Assembly (NCBI GenBank): GCA_977017575.1
Contig: CDRNVI010000007.1
Coordinates: 62,001 to 126,000 of the forward strand
Origin: Paramoeba atlantica
Lineage: Eukaryota > Protista > Discosea
Length of the DNA stretch: 64,000 nt
Reading direction: 5' to 3'
The notes below the pieces were generated by a model. It did not search any database, was not told the origin of the DNA, and saw only the letters and a list, made by a program, of their open reading frames with translations. The number at the start of each line of letters is the position of its first letter. The stretch's first letter is position 1. Shown here in pieces: positions 60,936 to 64,000 of this stretch. The position numbers and the translations under genes are program-made.

Positions 60936-62620
60936 CAAGGGTCCGAATAACTATAAAACTTTATTATAGGTACTTTAAAGTAACTATATTTATTTTTCCC
61001 TACCTTTATCTACCTTTATTGTTTTGTCAATGATTTACGCTGTAATCGTACTATTTTTGTGAAATTTTTCAATACCTAGACGCTCAGATAGCAACCCAGA
61101 AAGTCGCGCTGAATTTGTTGAGTCTCACTATAAGGAGGTGGAGGCTGGAAAGCGGGTATACAAGCGGGTGTATGAATGTCAACTCTGCAATGCACCGGAC
61201 AAGCGGAATTTTTTTTGCGAAAAAGGTATTCGCACGTCATACTCTTCTGCCCTGAGCCATATAGAAAAGATTCATAAAAAAACATTCGAAGCATGGCTGC
61301 AGGAGAAGCGAGCCAGAAAGCGCGAGACGGAAAATACTGTTGACAGATTGATGTCAAGTCCAATAAAGCTTTCGAAGGTGTTCGAAAAGATAATCAAATG
61401 GAAGTGTGATCATGGAGTGTCGAAAGCGGCCATTCAGGATCCACTTTTCAAATGGTTGATGAACGTGGGTTCGTCCTTTGTACCTTGTGAGAAAACAATG
61501 AACAGTTTCACGCTCCAAGTAAAAGACAACTGCCGCGCTGAAATGATCGCTCTCCTTCGTAATTTTGTAACAATTGCTGCAGACACTGGTACTTCCCATG
61601 GTCGAACAACGTGTTCAGTATGCGTTCTGAGTTCGGGAAATGCCACAAGCTGGAGTCTCGCGGACCTCTGCGGAAGAATTCAAAATAAAACAAACCGATA
61701 CCGAGTTGTGCACCGAAATACGAGATACTATCATCCCAAGATGGGGACGTGTGAAATTAACGGTATTAAACAAATAAAGTGCAAAAGCTCGACTGCTGAG
61801 ATGGCGCGTGAAATTGTGCTGGATGTGGCAGCAATTCACTCGGACTTTCGTCTAGAAAGTGCGCAGTAAAAAGAACGAGCCGTGGCAGAGCCTTCTTTGG
61901 TAAAAAACTATGTAACCTGAGATTTTGAGTCTGTGCGCATTTTTTTTCGTTTTATTTTTAGCTTCTGACATTTTTGCATTCTGACTTTCGCCTAGAAAGC
62001 GAACAGTAAAATGAGCGAGCTGTGCGCAGAGCCTTCTTTGATTAAAATATTGTAACCTGAGATGTTGCGTTTCAATAAATTTCGTCACTCATCCATACAA
62101 CAAGAGGTATACGTATATACCTGTTTTTAACCTTATCGTGAGCAAATAAATATGTATCTTTGCTTATGGTAAAATGCTGTTGTTTTAGATGACCAGTCAA
62201 TAATAATAAATTTCTTACTCTTCCTTTTGATAACATTGACTAATCTCTTCTTACACCTTCTCTATACTTTTGATGCGCATGGCTTGTCAACGATGATTAG
62301 AGCAGGCCTGGAACGCCTGAAGTGTTTTCCACATCTGATGCTGATGAAACTTGATCGTCATGTTCTGCCTGAAAACTATAGCTCTGCAAGATTTTTTCTA
62401 TATATATTTTAGGTAAGCAGAAAAACCATTCCCTCCAACAAGGCATACTCTCCCCGATCCGAGCACCCAGATTGCACAGATTTCGCACCCGAATTTCACA
62501 AAAAGTCGACCTCTAAAAATATAGGTACATAAAGCTTTAAAGGTACTATAGGTATTTTATAGTAACTATATTTATTTTTTCTACCTATATATAAACTATA
62601 TAAAGTTATTCGGACCCCTG
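60936..62620 (+). mobile_element. hAT element, second copy, with 8-bp TSD (7/8 match)
   Basis: caagggtccgaataact ... agttattcggacccctg; TSD ttataatt / ctataatt; about 190-bp left and 250-bp right ends are homologous to the 26663 copy. Confidence 0.9.
61138..61660 (+). pseudogene. hAT transposase N-terminal part (BED finger to first catalytic Asp)
   Basis: BED-like ECQLC...LSHIEKIH; KWKCDHGVSKAAIQDPLF; TIAADTGTS. An AHGLSTMIRAGL (CxxH-region-like) remnant lies near 62275. Confidence 0.75.
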
Positions 62621-62868
62621 CTATAATTATAATTATAAATTCAAAAAAGTTATAATTTATACTTATAATTACTTATGGAGGGGGGAGTACCTACAGTGTA
62701 GGCGAGATCATTTAGTAATGTGTATTGTAACTTCATTAAAGCCAAGTGTCTGTCTTGGTTGTATACCTTAGCTTTTATTTGCTAGTATACAACGATAAAA
62801 AGAAGAGATAATAGTAAAAAAGAAGGGAGCAAGAATAATTACGCGCGTTATTTTTTTCTGCCTGTATA

Positions 62869-63855
62869 ATGAAGCGAGCTCGTTTATCTCACGGAACTTC
62901 TTCGATTCGAGCGAAGTCGAGGAAGCGGAGCAAAAATGAATTTGGGGATACAAAACTCATTGAAAACGAGAACAGCGTTAACAGCGGTTTGGTCTACAAT
63001 AAGGGCCACGGTCAACATATTTTGAAGAATCCTTTAGTTTTACAAGCGATTGTGGATAAGGCGGGTATCAAACCTACTGACGTTGTACTTGAAATTGGGC
63101 CAGGCACAGGAAACCTTACCGAGAAGCTTTTAGGAGTTGCGAAAAAAGTTATCGCTTTTGAAATAGATAGCAGAATGGTTGCCGAACTGAGGAAGCGCTT
63201 TCAGAGTGCAACAATAGGAAGAAAATTAGAGGTCATTGAAGGGGATTGCCTACGACAGAATTTTCCCTATTTCGACAAGTGCGTAGCCAATACGCCTTAT
63301 GCAATAAGTAGCGCGCTGGTTTTTAAGCTACTTCGAGGTAGCACGAGTGGCGCTTTCAGAGCCGCCGTGCTAATGTTTCAAAAGGAATTCGCACAGAGGC
63401 TGGTAGCGAAACCAGGAGATGAACAATACAGCCGATTAAGCGTCAATACGCAGCTACTTGCGAAGTGTTCTCACTTGATGAAAATCAGTAAAAACAGCTT
63501 TGACCCACCTCCCCAAGTGGAGAGCTCGGTCGTGAGGTTAGAGCCGCGGCGTCCAGCTCCTAAAGTAGACTTTGATGAATGGGACGGCCTAATGAAATTG
63601 CTTTTTAACCGCAAGAACAGGAAAGTTTGCTCTCTCTTGTCGTCTAAAAATATTCGAAGTAATTTGTACCGCATACATCGAAGTCATAGCACGATGAAGG
63701 AAAGCGCCCCTATTGACGAAGATGTGTTCAATAGAAGAATCTCCGTTTTACTCTCGGGACCTTCGCTATGTAATCTTCGAGCCCGGCGCATGACACAAGA
63801 CGATTTCGCCATGCTTCTTGCAAAATTTCATGAACAGCACGTTTATTTTTCTTAA
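62869..63855 (+). CDS. DIM1: 18S rRNA m6,2A dimethyltransferase Dim1
   Basis: GQHILKNPLV, VLEIGPGTGNLT, CVANTPYAISS, MFQKEFAQRLVAKPG..YSRLSVNTQL, SKNSFDPPPQVESSVVR. Confidence 0.97.
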   Translation: MKRARLSHGTSSIRAKSRKRSKNEFGDTKLIENENSVNSGLVYNKGHGQHILKNPLVLQAIVDKAGIKPTDVVLEIGPGTGNLTEKLLGVAKKVIAFEIDSRMVAELRKRFQSATIGRKLEVIEGDCLRQNFPYFDKCVANTPYAISSALVFKLLRGSTSGAFRAAVLMFQKEFAQRLVAKPGDEQYSRLSVNTQLLAKCSHLMKISKNSFDPPPQVESSVVRLEPRRPAPKVDFDEWDGLMKLLFNRKNRKVCSLLSSKNIRSNLYRIHRSHSTMKESAPIDEDVFNRRISVLLSGPSLCNLRARRMTQDDFAMLLAKFHEQHVYFS

Positions 63856-64000
63856 AACTTGTTTTTACCTTTTTTGGTTAATTGCCTTCGAAAAAGCATA
63901 CCTTGGTTCACGAACCAATGAAACTGGTATCACTTTTTAAAAGTGATGAGCACCACCTACACATAAAATGTGATACAACTGTCACAGTTGATACACAGTC

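Larger units (their letters stand above)
60288..62687. mobile_element. Mariner/Stowaway-like TIR element with TA TSD, hosting a hAT insertion
   Basis: TA|ctcacccctccataagtaattataa ... ttataattacttatggaggggggag|TA; ataagtaattataa repeated subterminally. Confidence 0.75.

Noticed and set aside
1-64000. Bacterial or phage origin suggested by HslU and T7-like polymerases
   Set aside because: These genes are interleaved with eukaryote-specific genes (RPL18, eIF5, BOP1, AP mu, importin), and both families are known nuclear-encoded kinetoplastid mitochondrial proteins.

Overview
Eukaryotic, intron-less DNA in which all 25 or so host protein genes lie on the + strand, i.e. one polycistronic unit of a kinetoplastid. 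Supporting markers are mitochondrial HslU, two kDNA PolI-type (PolIBCD-like) polymerases, BRCA2 with a tandem BRC array and spliced-leader (SL)-like sequence. A Perkinsela-like prokinetoplastid is my best inference, not a proven assignment. Host genes: pelota, Wss1, eIF5, a PHD protein, BRCA2, RPL18, a CTL transporter, 2 family-A DNA polymerases, BOP1, an EF1B-N-like protein, a helical-repeat+PIN protein, a DUF1279-like protein, NDOR1, HslU, importin-7/8, a PA2G4-like protein, AP-2 mu, NAXD, an RNF212-like protein, DIM1 and several hypotheticals. Six intergenic pockets (about 3.0-5.0, 25.2-31.2, 44.5-46.1, 55.1-55.9, 57.2-59.0 and 60.3-62.7 kb) are filled with nested mobile DNA: Tc1/mariner, hAT, IS5/Harbinger-like, and APE-type and RLE-type non-LTR elements. 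Most striking: (1) a TSD-flanked, internally deleted LINE whose 5' end is a spliced-leader fragment, plus a second stand-alone SL relic; (2) a 4-kb hAT composite (macro)transposon carrying tRNA-like Pol III cassettes, a hairpin array and a near-intact Tc1; (3) recurrent C-rich-to-G-rich skew-switch islands inside genes; (4) a 512-bp gene-conversion tract between the two polymerases.
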